Below are positions 37,786 through 50,496 of a DNA stretch of 64,000 nt, one piece after another. The notes under the pieces are model-generated. The model made no database searches and was not told the origin of the DNA. It was given only the letters and a program-made list of their open reading frames with translations. A program made the position numbers and the translations under genes. Numbering within the stretch: the first letter of the stretch is position 1; each line of letters begins with the position of its first letter. The stretch comes from Octopus sinensis (taxonomy: Eukaryota), in the NCBI RefSeq assembly GCF_006345805.1, contig NC_043001.1, positions 132,618,001 to 132,682,000 of the forward strand. The letters are read 5' to 3'.

Positions 37786-39010
37786 GAGTAAGGGCACAGA
37801 TTTGTACAGTGTATAGCCAAAGTTTGTCATCTCAAAACATAAAAATTCCATAGTGCCACTATGAAAGAAAAAAATAAACAAAAATATTCAAAGCTTTCTT
37901 CTTTCTTTATTCATATGTCAAATTTTCAAGTCATAATGATTTATTTTTTTTACTTTTGTTTCTCAGAAATTAATTTACCAACGTCATAAACAACATATTT
38001 GTGTATACTATTTTAAAACAAGCAAAATTACAATAAACATTTAGAAATAAAACACAAAAAAAAAATAATTAAAAATTTTTTTTTAAAAACACTATAAAAG
38101 TTGGGGTAAAAAAAAATATCATCCAAAACCCATTAACAAGGATTATCCATTTTCTAAATCTGTACAATTGCTATTGTGTCAATTTGAACCCTTCCAGATG
38201 TCTTGATGAATTTATGCAAATGTATCCTTCAGAAATAACATAAAACTACAAAAGTATTTTCTATTACTGCTGTTATTGTATGGTTGTCTATTTGTCTAAC
38301 ATAGATTGCAGATTCAAATGAAGGCCTTTTAAGTCTTATGATGAGTCAAACTTAAATAAAGTTAATAATTTCAGTCTTATGAATAATATTTATTTATTTT
38401 TTTTATTTGAATCTTTCTTATATTTATATAAATTTTATTGATGACATGCCATCAATTTCTGAAAATGTTTATAACACAAAAATTATTTCTTAAGTCCTAG
38501 TCAATAAATAATTTCTTCAAGACAAATATTCAGCATCTATTTGCATCATTTCAAACAACTAAAACAACTGAAAATCAAGATTATCAAATACATGAAAGGC
38601 CAAAGAAAAAAAAAAAGTTAATATCCTAAATTTTGATAACTTAAACATTTTACTGTAAAATTGTTTATACAAAAGTCACACGCATGCACACACACACACA
38701 TAAATCAGTAGCAGCAGCACACCATCACCAGCATCACCATCATTACATTATTATCACCAACACCATCATTATCATCATCCTTATTTAGTATCCAGTTTCA
38801 TGCTGTTATGAGTTGGACAGTTCAACAGAATCTACTGAATCAAAGGACTGCATTACATCGTAATATGCATTTTGATATGATTTCTATGGTTGAATGTCCT
38901 GCCTAATGCCAATGACTTTACTGGGTGTACTAAGTGCTTTTATATATTAATTTATTATTATTATTGTTGTTGTTGTTGTTGTTATTATTATTATTATTGT
39001 TATCATTATT

Positions 39011-39130
39011 GAGTGAGAGAGCAGTGCATGCCATCAAAGTGACACTGGGGTAAAATATACCCAGTATACCCATCATGACTACCCGTCTGATAAGGGTACA
39101 CTAGGCAATTATTATTATTATTATTATTAC

Positions 39131-39200
<70 letters not shown>

Positions 39201-39440
39201 GAGTGAGACAGCAGTGCATGCCATCAAAGTGACACTGGGGTAAAATATACCCAGTATACCCATCATGACTACCCGTCTGATAAGGGTACACTAGGCAATT
39301 ATTATTATTATTGTTGTTGTTGTTGTTGTTGTTGTGTTGTTGTTGTTATTATTATTATTATACCCAGTATAGCCATCATGACTATATTATTACCAGTATA
39401 CCCATCATGACTACCTGTCTGATAAGGGTACACTAGGCAA
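39011..39440 (-). repeat. Tandem copies of the family E 3' end separated by (TTA)n/(TTG)n
   Basis: 98-bp units at 39011-39108 and 39201-39298, plus a partial third copy at 39361-39440. Confidence 0.88.
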
Positions 39441-39460
39441 TTATTATTATTATTATTATT

Positions 39461-39745
39461 GATTTGACACAGGCTTGTTCTTATTCCTGGGAGTATTCAT
39501 ATGGGTAGTGGGTTACTACTTGTAACCTTAAATATCCACAAGCTTTCAATAGTCTCAAGTGCTTCAAACCCACACTGACAATCTTTCCTGTCCCTAAGAA
39601 ACAAACTGTAGAAGCTCTACAGGACAATCTCTTCCAATCTCCTTCAACCATTTGTCTACATCTTTACTTACAGTTCCCAATGCACCAATTATCACAGGCA
39701 CAACCTTCACAGCTTTCATATTCTGCAGCGCGACTCACTTTCAAC
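39461..39745 (-). mobile_element. R4/Dong LINE 3' end with (AAT)n tail
   Basis: MKAVKVVPVIIGALGTVSKDVDKWLKEIG..CPVELLQ, the C-terminus of an REL-endonuclease LINE; abuts (tta)n. Confidence 0.78.
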
Positions 39746-40268
39746 TCTTTCAGTAAAAACCAAACTGAAACACTCAATATCGTAATTTTAAGTAATTAAT
39801 AATACTCTGTAACAAAACCGTTTTTCTTTTTCTTTGGTCAGTAAGTTTATATTTCCTATTTGCTTCTATCTAGAAATCAAAGAAGATGACTACTATTCCC
39901 TTCAAACTTTGCTTTTGTAACTAGGACATCAATGTTTTGAAATTGACCTATTTGCCATTACATTTCAGACAGAGTTGCTGAAGCAGAAATATCATTATAG
40001 GAAATATTCTACTCAGTACCACAGATTTGCATGTCAGTTGCTTGATCTTAACCACTTGAACATGTCCCTTGGTGGCTGACAATACATGCATCTCTGATCA
40101 TGAGCGGGAGTAGTGGGGGAGCACCATGTGTTGAGAGGGATTCTTTGGGGTTTGAATAAATGTAAGAAAAGCAAAGTTTAAAGGAATATTAGCCATTTTT
40201 TCATACTTTCTAGGGGTAAGCAAATAGGAAATAACAATTGCTACCCAAGGACAAAAATCATGTTACAC

Positions 40269-40434
40269 AGGCATAGGAGTGGCTGTGTGGTAAGTAGCCT
40301 GCTTACCAACCACACGGTTCTGGGTTCAGTCCCACTGTGTGGCATCTTGGGCAAGTGTCTTCTACTATAGCCTCGGGCCGACCATAGCTTTGTGAGTGGA
40401 TTTGGTAGACGAAAACCGAAAGAAGCCCATCGAA

Positions 40435-40465
<31 letters not shown>

Positions 40466-40724
40466 CCATATATATATATATGTATGTATGTATGTGTGTA
40501 TATGTTTGTGTGTCTGTGTTTGTCCCCCCAACATCATTTGACAACTGATGCTAGTGTGTTTACATCCCCGTAACTTAGCAGTTCAGCAAAACAGACCGAT
40601 AGAATAAGTACCAGGTTTAGGCTTACAAAAAATAAGTCCTGGGGCCGATTTGCTCGACTAAAGGCATTGCTCCAGCATGGCCACAGTCAAATGACTGAAA
40701 CAAGTAAAAGAATAAAAGAGAGAG
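40269..40724 (+). mobile_element. SINE family A, full length
   Basis: Colinear with 5975-6383. Confidence 0.88.
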
Positions 40725-41036
40725 TGTAATATATGTTTTAAGTATTTCCATGTTACTGTAAATAAAGTATAAATACTAAAACTAATATCTTGATCAAAGT
40801 GATGGATACCATTTTGAGTTATATTTGAGTCATTTGTTAAGTTGTATTTCAAATAGCAGCTTCATAAACCAATAACTTTTAAAAATTAATTTAGAAAATT
40901 TCTTAAATATTCTAAATCATAGAGGCAGTCTATTTTTGTCAATGATATTGGGGAATAAAGGGGATTGAAGTGTTACAGCTATTGTTTAAGAGACAGATGT
41001 CAGGGTTATCACATACTAAAATTTCCAGTGACTTGC

Positions 41037-41270
41037 CTGTTTTAGCTTGTCGCTCACTACCTGCAAGGTCAACAAGATTCAGCTTCCCGGCTCTTATGTG
41101 CTCTTCATCAGAATCTTTCTTGGTAATCATTTCGAGTTGAATAGTAAATATAGAATGACTGCGCGAAGAATCTTTATTCATCAGTGTGGCCCCTGTAGTG
41201 CGGTTATGCCAGCCTTTCTCCATAATTTTTCTACAATCTTCAACATTTTGAACTGTGTGATAGGATAAAC
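41037..41270 (-). CDS. KIF17: Kinesin-2 KIF17/OSM-3 exon (switch I and II), 234 bp, phase 1 to 1
   Basis: [48 protein letters not shown]...[22 protein letters not shown]; acceptor ttttgtag, donor acag|gcaagt. Confidence 0.93.
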
Positions 41271-42071
41271 CTACAAAATGAAAAATTATGATGATTAGTC
41301 TCTTTAATTTACAACAAAATTTTTATGAAACACATTTTCATCTTTCAACCTGCCCAGCATGCAATGATGAAAACCTAATATTAGAATGTTTGGTTTAAAA
41401 AAAAAAATCTTAAAATCCTATTTTAATTATCTGTGCTTCTAATTTGTGAATTCATTATTATTAAAATGTAAAAAGCTTAAAAAGAAATTAACAGAATTTT
41501 AGTACAAATCTCAAATATTTGAAATTTTAATAGTCCATTAAAACAGTTGGTACAACACAATTATAGTAAATCACAGGATTGGCATAATTGGCAAAAAATT
41601 TAGCTGTTTACTCAATTTCATTTCAGAGCGATATCCTCTATTATGGAATTTTATACTATGTACATTACACAGATTATATAGAAGCTATAAATACAGGTAC
41701 CTTATCTTATGGAACAAACAATTGTAAGTGGGAAGAAAATTTGAATGTCCTACTTTTTATGTCTGAGGGCATGTAAATTTTTAATGTCTATTGTGACAGC
41801 AAAATAAAAGTTTGGGAGATTAATCTATCCTATCATTCTTCATTTTGAACAATTAATAATTCTGTTATTCAGACAGCTTCAGATCTAACTAAGCATTTTC
41901 TTTGGAGTCTTTTTTGGAGTGGCTGTGTGGTAAGTAGCTTGCTTACCAACCACATGGTTCCAGGTTCAGTCCCACTGCGTGGCACCTTGGGCAAGTGTCT
42001 TCTGCTATAGCCCCGGGCCGACCAAAGCCTTATGAGTGGATTTGGTAGACAGAAACTGAAAGAAGCCCGTC

Positions 42072-42107
<36 letters not shown>

Positions 42108-42139
42108 TAGCTGAAGGTGACCCGCTCTACGCGCGGGTA

Positions 42140-42485
42140 AGAGTGTGGGTGTTACTTTCTGTTGCTTCCTTTCAGCACGTAAAAAGCACCATCCGAACGT
42201 GGCCGATTGCAGCACCGCCTTGACTTGCTTCTGTGCCGGTGGCACGTAAAAAGCACCAACCGATCGTTGCCACTGCGAGCCCCCCTGGCACCAGTGCCGG
42301 CGGCACGAAAGAAGCACTCACTACACTCACAGAGTGGTTGGCGTTAGGAAGGTCATCCACCTGTAGAAACACTGCCAGATCAGACTGGAGCCTGGTGCAG
42401 CCTCCTGGCTTCCGAGACCCCGGTCACACTGCCCAACCCGTGCTAGCACGGAAAACGGACATTAAACGATGATGATGATGATGAT
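42140..42485 (+). mobile_element. SINE-like family C nested in the large Helitron
   Basis: gcacgtaaaaagcacc subrepeats and (gat)n tail. Confidence 0.82.
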
Positions 42486-43479
42486 TCTCCGTATTTGTTT
42501 CTCTCTCCTTTCTCTCTCACTTTCCCACTCTCTTACTTTTCTTTTCTCTCGGACTCTTCCTCGCTTTCTCTTACTCTCTATCTTTATCTATCTCTCTCCC
42601 ATTTATAAACAACAGAAGATCTTGAGTAAGTTGAGAAATAAAATATTTAGAAAGATCAATCAGAAATATGAGGCAGTGGCAATGGAAAGGTCTGCTTCAA
42701 GGCAGACAGCAAAACGCTAACATTTAAAAGGGACAGACGAACTTGCGAGCTGAATAAAAATAATAAAATATTGGAAACCAAAGTTTGAAGGGATAGAATT
42801 TGAGGATAGTAGAGTCACCATGGCTGGCATTTGTTAACGACGGACAGCAACGTAATGACAGTTTAACGGCTGGCGTAAAATTTAGAACTTGATGTAAAAG
42901 AAAATTCGTTAACACCAAGTTTTGAAGTGATTCTTTCTCACGACAGTAGACTCACTATGGCAAGCATTCAAAACTTCTTTATCATGGACGGCAACACATT
43001 GACGATTAAAAGGCTGGCGCAAATTTTTTAGCTTGATGGAACAGAGAATTCCTAAACACCCACTCCTAGAAATTTTAATCCCCTTCCAGCCCCATTTAGA
43101 CCCCTTTTCACATTTTGGTTAATATAACCCGATTTCATTCGGGTCTACTGGGGCCACATTTTATAAGATGAGGAATTTTGTCCTAGAGGTGACACCTTTC
43201 ATTTGAGGAACAAAATAGTTGTCATGGAAACTTGTCAGCACTTTTAACATAGGTGTGCATATTTTCAGCTGAATCGACCAACTACGTAATGCACACATTA
43301 TATATATATGTGTATATATATATATGTGTGTGTGTGCACGCATTATATATACAAATGTATACAAATGAGATATATATCTGTATAAATTAAATTAGAGATA
43401 AAACCACTAATAGGCAAATCAAACAGTGAAAAACCAAAAACAAAAACATAAAAAAAGAAAATATAACATAAAAAATATA

Positions 43480-43996
43480 TCTATATATATAAAACTGTAG
43501 TTGTGTGAGTATCTGTTCCCTTCGATTTAGATTCCTAACTACTCCCACATTTTGCGGTGCAGTTTAACCAAATTCGGGTATCTTATAGTTGTGATTCATA
43601 TCGAGCCCGTCTGGCTATTAGCGCACGTCTACGATGAGTCTACGATTTTAAAAATAATTTAACATCATTTTCTATTCCATTTTAATGCATAATTTTTCGT
43701 GTGTCGATAGCGGCGGAGTTGGCGTCCACGCTCACATCTGCACCTGTTTGCTTCTCCCTCGTGAAGCTGTGGGGAAGGGAGTGTAAGGAAATCAACGTCG
43801 TAAAGCGTTGTCAAGGAGACCAGCGTTCTTTTCGAACAACGACTTCATGGCTTGAAGACACTGAGTCAACGATTTAAAAAAAAAATTACCATCACTTTTT
43901 ATTCCATTTTTAATGCATTTTTTTGCTATAACTCTCTAAAAATGCATATATAGTTATTTCCCTTACACTCCGAGCAACGCCGGGCGATACTGCTAG
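43480..43996 (+). mobile_element. Non-autonomous Helitron, first of a head-to-tail pair
   Basis: 5' TCtatatatataaaactg; 3' ccgagcaacgccgggcgatactgCTAG. Confidence 0.9.
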
Positions 43997-44493
43997 TCTT
44001 TATATATAAAAGTAAGGTTGTGTGTCTGTCTCCTACGATTTAGATTCCTAACCACTCCCACATTTTGCGGTGCAGTGTAACCAAAACCGGGTATCTTATA
44101 GTCGTGATTCATATCGAGCCCTTCTGGGTATTAGCGCGCGTCTACGATGAGTCTACGATTTAAAAAAAAATTTACCATCATTTTTTTATTCCATTTTAAT
44201 GCATTTTTTGGTATTATATAAGGGAAGTAACTCTCTAAAAATGTCTACGACGAGTCAACGATTAAAATAAATTACCATCAATTTTTTATTCCATTTTAAT
44301 GCATTTTTCGCTATTATATAAGGGAAGTAACTCTCTAAAAATGTCTACGATGAGTCAACGATTTAAAAAAAAATTTCTATCATTTTTATTCCATTTTTAA
44401 TGCATTTTTTGCTATTCTTTTGCTATAACTCACTAAAATGCTTATATAGTTATTTCCCTTACAAACCCGAGCAACGCCGGGCGATACTGCTAG
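43997..44493 (+). mobile_element. Non-autonomous Helitron, second of the pair, with ~100-bp internal repeats
   Basis: 5' TCttttatatataaaag; repeats start at 44141, 44244 and 44344; same 3' hairpin plus CTAG. Confidence 0.9.
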
Positions 44494-44639
44494 TAAAATA
44501 TTAAATTGAAAATTAAATTATTTAAATTGAAAATAAAAATTATTAAATTATATTTATAATTTGTTTTAAAATTATATATAACTATGAAAAAGTATGAAAA
44601 AGTTTAATATACATAAATACAGATATATACACTTTGTAT

Positions 44640-44875
44640 ATATACATTATATATACATATTTATATATAGAACACACACACACACACACATACATTATAT
44701 ATACATATTTATATTAGAACACACACACACACATACATTATATATACATATTTATATATAGAACACACACACACACACATACATTATATATACATATTTA
44801 TATATAGAACACACACACATAGACACATACATTATATATACATATTTATATATAGCACACACACCACACACACAC
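44640..44875. repeat. ~40-bp minisatellite built from (AC)/(AT) units
   Basis: acacatacattatatatacatatttatatatagaacacac repeated about 5 times. Confidence 0.85.
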
Positions 44876-45639
44876 ATATAATGAACGCAAGAATATCTGA
44901 TTCATAATATTTGTTCTCATGCTCGTGTGTTGTTTGTTGGTGACAGACTATACTTAAAAGAACACCGCCGAAGTGATAGGAAGGTAGGAAACAGAGTCAG
45001 TGAAAAAGAAAGGAAATAGCGATAGTGACAGATACTTTAAATAACCGTAGTGGACTTCTGAAAGTTATGAAGAGGAGTAAGAGAGGGAAAGGAGGAAATA
45101 GGGTGAGTGAGGAAGATGGCCCCTAGCAACCACACCTTTTAAGATAGGGATTTCTAAGGTAGCCCACGCGCATCGTTACCTCATTCTACATGTCCCTGTA
45201 AATTTTGGAGCGAATCGGACGGGATGTAGTGGCATTGAAAGCGATCCAAGCGGTAAAAACGCAATTCAGTTTTATATATAGAGATATATATATATATGCA
45301 TGTGTGTGTTTGTGTGTCGGTGTTTGTCCCCTAGCATTGCTTGACAACCAATGGTGGTGTGTTTATGTCCCCGTCACTTAGCGGTTCGGCAAAAAGAGAC
45401 CGATAGAATAAGTACTGGGCTTACAAAAGAATAAGTCCCGGGATCGATTTGCTCGATTAAAGGCAGTGCACCAGCATGGCCGCAGTCAAAATGACTGAAA
45501 CAAGTAAAAAAAAAATAGACATTTTTATGTAATTTTGGTAAATATATCTGTTAAAATGAGATGTCAATGTTATTTTCATTTTTGCTTAATTTAGATGACA
45601 GTTTATTCACTGCACCCCATGTGTGTGTGTATGTGTATG

Positions 45640-45683
<44 letters not shown>

Positions 45684-46515
45684 TACATACATACATACAT
45701 ACATACATACATACATACATACACACACACATACACACACACACAAATATATGTGTATCTGTGAGGGAGTTATCTGTTTACATTTGTACTTCTCTGAAAA
45801 ATCATAATCCACAAGCAGTGATGTTATCATTTCTGTAAACAAATTATCTACTGGCTTTGCAATTTGCAAGATGTAAAATTAGATATCTCCTACATAAAAA
45901 GAACAAGGAAGTGTTAATGATATGAAGAACATTTCAGCTGTAAAAAATATACCAATAATATAATCATCTAACCCATTATATCATTGGAAAAAAAAACTAA
46001 CATAAAAATAAAGCGACAAACATTCAACTATGCTTCAGGCAAAATGCTTCAACCTTCTATGAAAACATCGATGTGAAGTGATTTTATTCACCAAGAACTG
46101 GACCATCATTGAAATAAAATGACAAAAACATCAATCTTGAATTTACCCATGAATTTCAAATATTAAAGTTAAACGAAAATAGGTTAGAAGTTAACTTTGA
46201 GGAATGCCTACCTTGACTGAATTCCAGAATACTATTGCTACTGTCACCATGATTAAGATAATACAAAATAGGTAATTCCTGTAAAAAAATAGTACTCAAT
46301 AAAGAAAATTAACCTGGTCCTAAATGTGTCATTAATTGAAAAAAAAATTCTTTCTTTTCTAAATTTTCGTTTTAATCAAACAAATACTGTAAATCTTTGA
46401 AAATGTCATATTTTCACACAAATATGTTGATAACAAAATTATTAGAGAATTCCTATGAGATGCATGTAAAAAAATATCCTACAAGAAATGTATGTATGTA
46501 TATATATATTTTTTT

Positions 46516-46722
46516 TTTTACTACCCACAAAGGACTAAACAAGGACAGACAAATGGATTAAGTCGATTACATCGACCCCAGTGCGTAACTGGTATTTAAT
46601 TTATTGACCCCCAAAAGGATGAAAGGCAAAGTTGACCTCGGTGGAATTTGAACCCAGGATGAAACAGCAGACGAAATACGGCTAAGCATTTCGCCTGCCG
46701 TGCTAACGTTTCTGCCAGCTCA
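46516..46722 (-). mobile_element. SINE family B
   Basis: Reverse complement of 17640-17869. Confidence 0.85.
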
Positions 46723-46809
46723 CAGAAACACACACTCACACACACACACATATATAAGCATACATGAATAATTATATGTACATGCATTTATCTTTTGCTC
46801 TGTGTGTGT

Positions 46810-47140
46810 TTAAGTGACAACTGTACCACCAGTCTTGCTCTCTTTACAAATATGTACAGACTGGATTCCACTTTCCCCCACCTTCCATCTTCCCACTGAA
46901 ATGGACACTAATCCACAGCTTCCAAACCATACTCTCTTACTCCACAACTGCTCAAACCTTTCCTGTGCCATTTGCCCTCACCTTCAAGAAAGATAGGAAC
47001 CTCAGAAATCTCCTAATTAGAACTCCATAGCAACCCGGCCATACACAACCAGCCACTTTGAAATAGGCTCACCTATGATACAACATTAACAACACTACAA
47101 CAATCACTGGGCCTAAGTCACATTATCACATTACCTGAAA
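46810..47140 (+). mobile_element. Degenerate Penelope-like ORF fragment (tentative)
   Basis: KKDRNLRNLLIR and TTTITGP resemble the RT/GIY-YIG linker region. Confidence 0.4.
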
Positions 47141-47142
47141 TT

Positions 47143-47530
47143 TATCATTATCATCATTGTTCGACCGTGGTCGAGACAATGGAATTTACCATGCTACACC
47201 AGACTTCACGGTCCATCATGGCATTATGGAGGTCCTGTTGCTGGATGCCTGTATCCCTGGAGATTACATCAGGGTAGGAGAGTGTGTGCCCTCTGGTATT
47301 GTGAGTAGATGGCTTCCAGAGGAGAAGAGTAGAAATTACTTCTTTTTCAGCTCTACAACAATGTCCAGCAAACTGGACTCTCCTACCTTTCACAAGAGAT
47401 GACACAGGTGGTAGTTTCCCATATATTTGCATTTTGGTTGGATGGCGCTTCCACGAGAGATTTTGAGCTCTCATAAGGAGGCGAGTGTAGGTTCCATCCA
47501 ACCGCCTCTCAATTTATACTGTACATCTAC
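47143..47530 (-). mobile_element. RTE/RTEX-type LINE 3' end with intact terminal frame and (GAT)n tail
   Basis: DGTYTRLLMRAQNLSWKRHPTKMQIYGKLPPVS...RRVQFAGHCCRA...DREVW...VEQ*. Confidence 0.85.
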
Positions 47531-48174
47531 CAGCCAAATATATCTACAAACTTTGTGTTACAATTCACATAAGGTAAACAGGTTGCCACCTAGCCAATTA
47601 CAATTGCAAACGCATTCAAAACATACTACTACATAAACCAGGGCAGCAGCTACAAACTTCAATGCACAATTTGAAATGTTGAATATTGTAGCAAAATTAT
47701 GGCAAAAAAAGACAAGCATAACTACATTACAGGAGCCACAATGATGAATGGTTTTCACCTATTTTTATCAGTGTGTGGAATCAAATCTCTACACAGCTTG
47801 GATGAACACTCAAGGCAACAGAAAAAAAAAATGTTTCATTTTGAATCTAGGAACCATAACAAAATGTTTAAATGAATACTTTCTACTCCTTCACACCTTT
47901 TTAGTTCAGTAGTCTTAATTTTTATCCTTTAGCTCTGCCATACCTGCTCTCCGTAATTTTCTCTTGATCTTACTCTCACCTGCTTCTCCAAATGAAGAAG
48001 GCAGATAATCTCAAGAATCGAGAACACTCCAAATTCCCACCAAGTGGTCAGAAGTAAAGATCATTTCAATAGACCAGAAATCTACAGTGTATGCTATTTA
48101 ATATACACTATTCCTTTTTGTTGTTCAAATACAAAATACTGGCTACCACAAGTTATTTCTCTTAGATCATTCAT

Positions 48175-48208
<34 letters not shown>

Positions 48209-48373
48209 GAAATGACGTGGACATGCAAGAATACAAATTCTGGAGTAGATCCCAAACCAACAAAAGATAAAGTTGACCTGGTTGGGATTTGAACCCTGTG
48301 TGTAATGAAATGGAACATTTACTATAAAGCAAGCTATCTGATACTCTAATGACACTGCCAGTTTACTGCCTTG

Positions 48374-48413
<40 letters not shown>

Positions 48414-49099
48414 TATAAATATATATATACATGCACACCCATATGTGTATGCATATGTATTCAGATATATTTGTTTTTTATGTATTGTGCATATATGCAT
48501 CTATGTATATCCACAAACACACACACACACACACACACCTCTTTTTTTAATATATTACATGAGTAAGCAAAACTTCCAGGCAAATACACGAAGTTGTAGA
48601 ATTATGTATTTTAACTTGACAAGCAAACACAGACAGCAATGTTGACAGAAAAAGTATATATTTCTTCAATAAAAACAAAAAAAAATTTTTTTAAATGTCC
48701 ATTTTTTTCAAAGCGTAAACATAATGTCAACTTTCTGAGTTAAGAAATAAGACAGTTTAAATTTACATTAGTTATTCCACTAAGAAACATTCTCTTTTGC
48801 TGCAAATTTGTTAATTTGTTTAGAAAGATCAAACAAGGAAAAAAAATGATTAAATCTGATGTATTATAAAATCGATGGAAAGCGATGACAGAAAGTGATG
48901 ACAGGTAATAGTTTGTGATAAAAAGACTAGTTTTGGCATAAATCATATGACAAAAAAACTGAATTTAAATAAATTAATTGCATTAAATTATCATGTCAAA
49001 GTAAGTATATGTGCATTTGCATATGAATACCTAAGAAATAAGAATGCATATTCATACAAGTGTATATGAGGGTCAGCAACTGTCTTAGTGTGATATGTA

Positions 49100-49124
49100 T
49101 ATATGTGCGTAGAGTATGTATGTG

Positions 49125-49156
<32 letters not shown>

Positions 49157-49342
49157 ATATATACACACACACATATATACACAAACATACATACACACAC
49201 ACACACATATATATATACAAACACACACACACACACACTCGGAGCATTTCCACATTGATGATGATAAATGTATATTTGTATATCTTTTTCTCTCTTTTGC
49301 GCATGCGTGTGTACATGCACATACAAGCAAACATATATTTAT

Positions 49343-49387
<45 letters not shown>

Positions 49388-49404
49388 ATATACATACATA
49401 GACA

Positions 49405-49440
<36 letters not shown>
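49100..49440. repeat. (TA)/(CA) compound microsatellite
   Basis: Directly visible. Confidence 0.9.
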
Positions 49441-49444
<4 letters not shown>

Positions 49445-50496
49445 AGTTTAAATTATATGTGTGCATATGTAGTGTATATATTGTGTATGTATGTACATAT
49501 ATATTTATATCCATACACATTGATATACACACATGCACATTGATATATATATTATTCTTTCACAAGAAAGAATAGCATTGATAGTTACTTTGAACATTTC
49601 AACTTGCTTAACCACCACTAGACTATAACACTTTTGAGTTTCTCTTGGCAAGTAAGTATATTTTTTCTGCGGTAGTTGGATCTCTGTTGAATGGTAATTA
49701 GTCTGTAGGGTAACTTCTGATGGAGTGATATAAATAAGTTTTTATTGATTAAAGTTTATTGTTTAGAATTCAGTGACATACCTAAAACTTTGTATATAGG
49801 TATGTCAACCCATGGGGTTGTTCTTTTAGGATTTGCAAAATGTAAGTAGGCTGGAAAGTTTAGCTGGTCAGCAGATGTGTAATTAGGTTTAGTTGTTAAT
49901 GATGTTTTTGAACATTATTTATTGTTTGTATTGGGAAGATGAATGTTATTATTCAGAATTCAGTCCAAAATGTGAACCTATGTAATTAGGTCTGTTTATT
50001 TAGAAGTGTCATCTTTAACCTTTTAGTATTTGAACTGACCATATCCAGCCAAAATATTCTGCTTGTTTTATGTAGATCCAGCTTCTCACATCTACCCTAC
50101 AAAGTTAGTTCAAAAATAAACAATCCCATTTTTGAAAACTCAAAGCTATGAGATACTACATGATTAACTCATAGCAATATGAATAAAAAAAACATTACAT
50201 TTAACCCTTTAGGATTAAATCATGGAGTTATTAGTATAGAAATTTGGATATCTTGTGTTTTAAGGGTTCACAAAAGAAAGTAAGTAGGCAGAAAGGTTAT
50301 TTAGCCTGCAGATTTCTTTATTTGTTATGGGTAAAGAACCAGAACAGTTACCATAAGGCACCTTACTTTATCATCTAACAGTTCCACCAATCCACTACTT
50401 TGGATTGGTACTTTTTTCTGTTGACTCTGAAAGGATGAAAGGAAAAGTTGACCATGGTAAGATTTGAACACAGAGTGCAGCCAATCAAAACAAATA

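Larger units (their letters stand above)
42107..45284 (-). mobile_element. 3.2-kb non-autonomous Helitron with nested insertions
   Basis: Minus-strand 5' TCtctatatataaaactg; 3' hairpin acccgc-gcgtaga-gcgggt then CTAG; A^T target. Confidence 0.85.
41916..45512 (+). mobile_element. SINE family A split in two (41916-42106 and 45285-45512) by a Helitron
   Basis: The 5' half ends in (TA)n at 42106. The 3' half (tgtttgtccctagcattgcttgacaacc...gactgaaacaagtaaaa) resumes after 45284. Confidence 0.88.

Noticed and set aside
46212-46278. Minus-strand 67-bp segment with good splice sites (ttttacag / gtaggc), phase-compatible with the KIF17 exon at 41270
   Set aside because: It encodes ELPILYYLNHGDSSNSILEFSQ, not the expected ...EHP.KGVYVK motor sequence. 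Cannot be supported without transcripts.
49600-50000. Possible Penelope ORF remnant on the minus strand
   Set aside because: No motif could be read with confidence.
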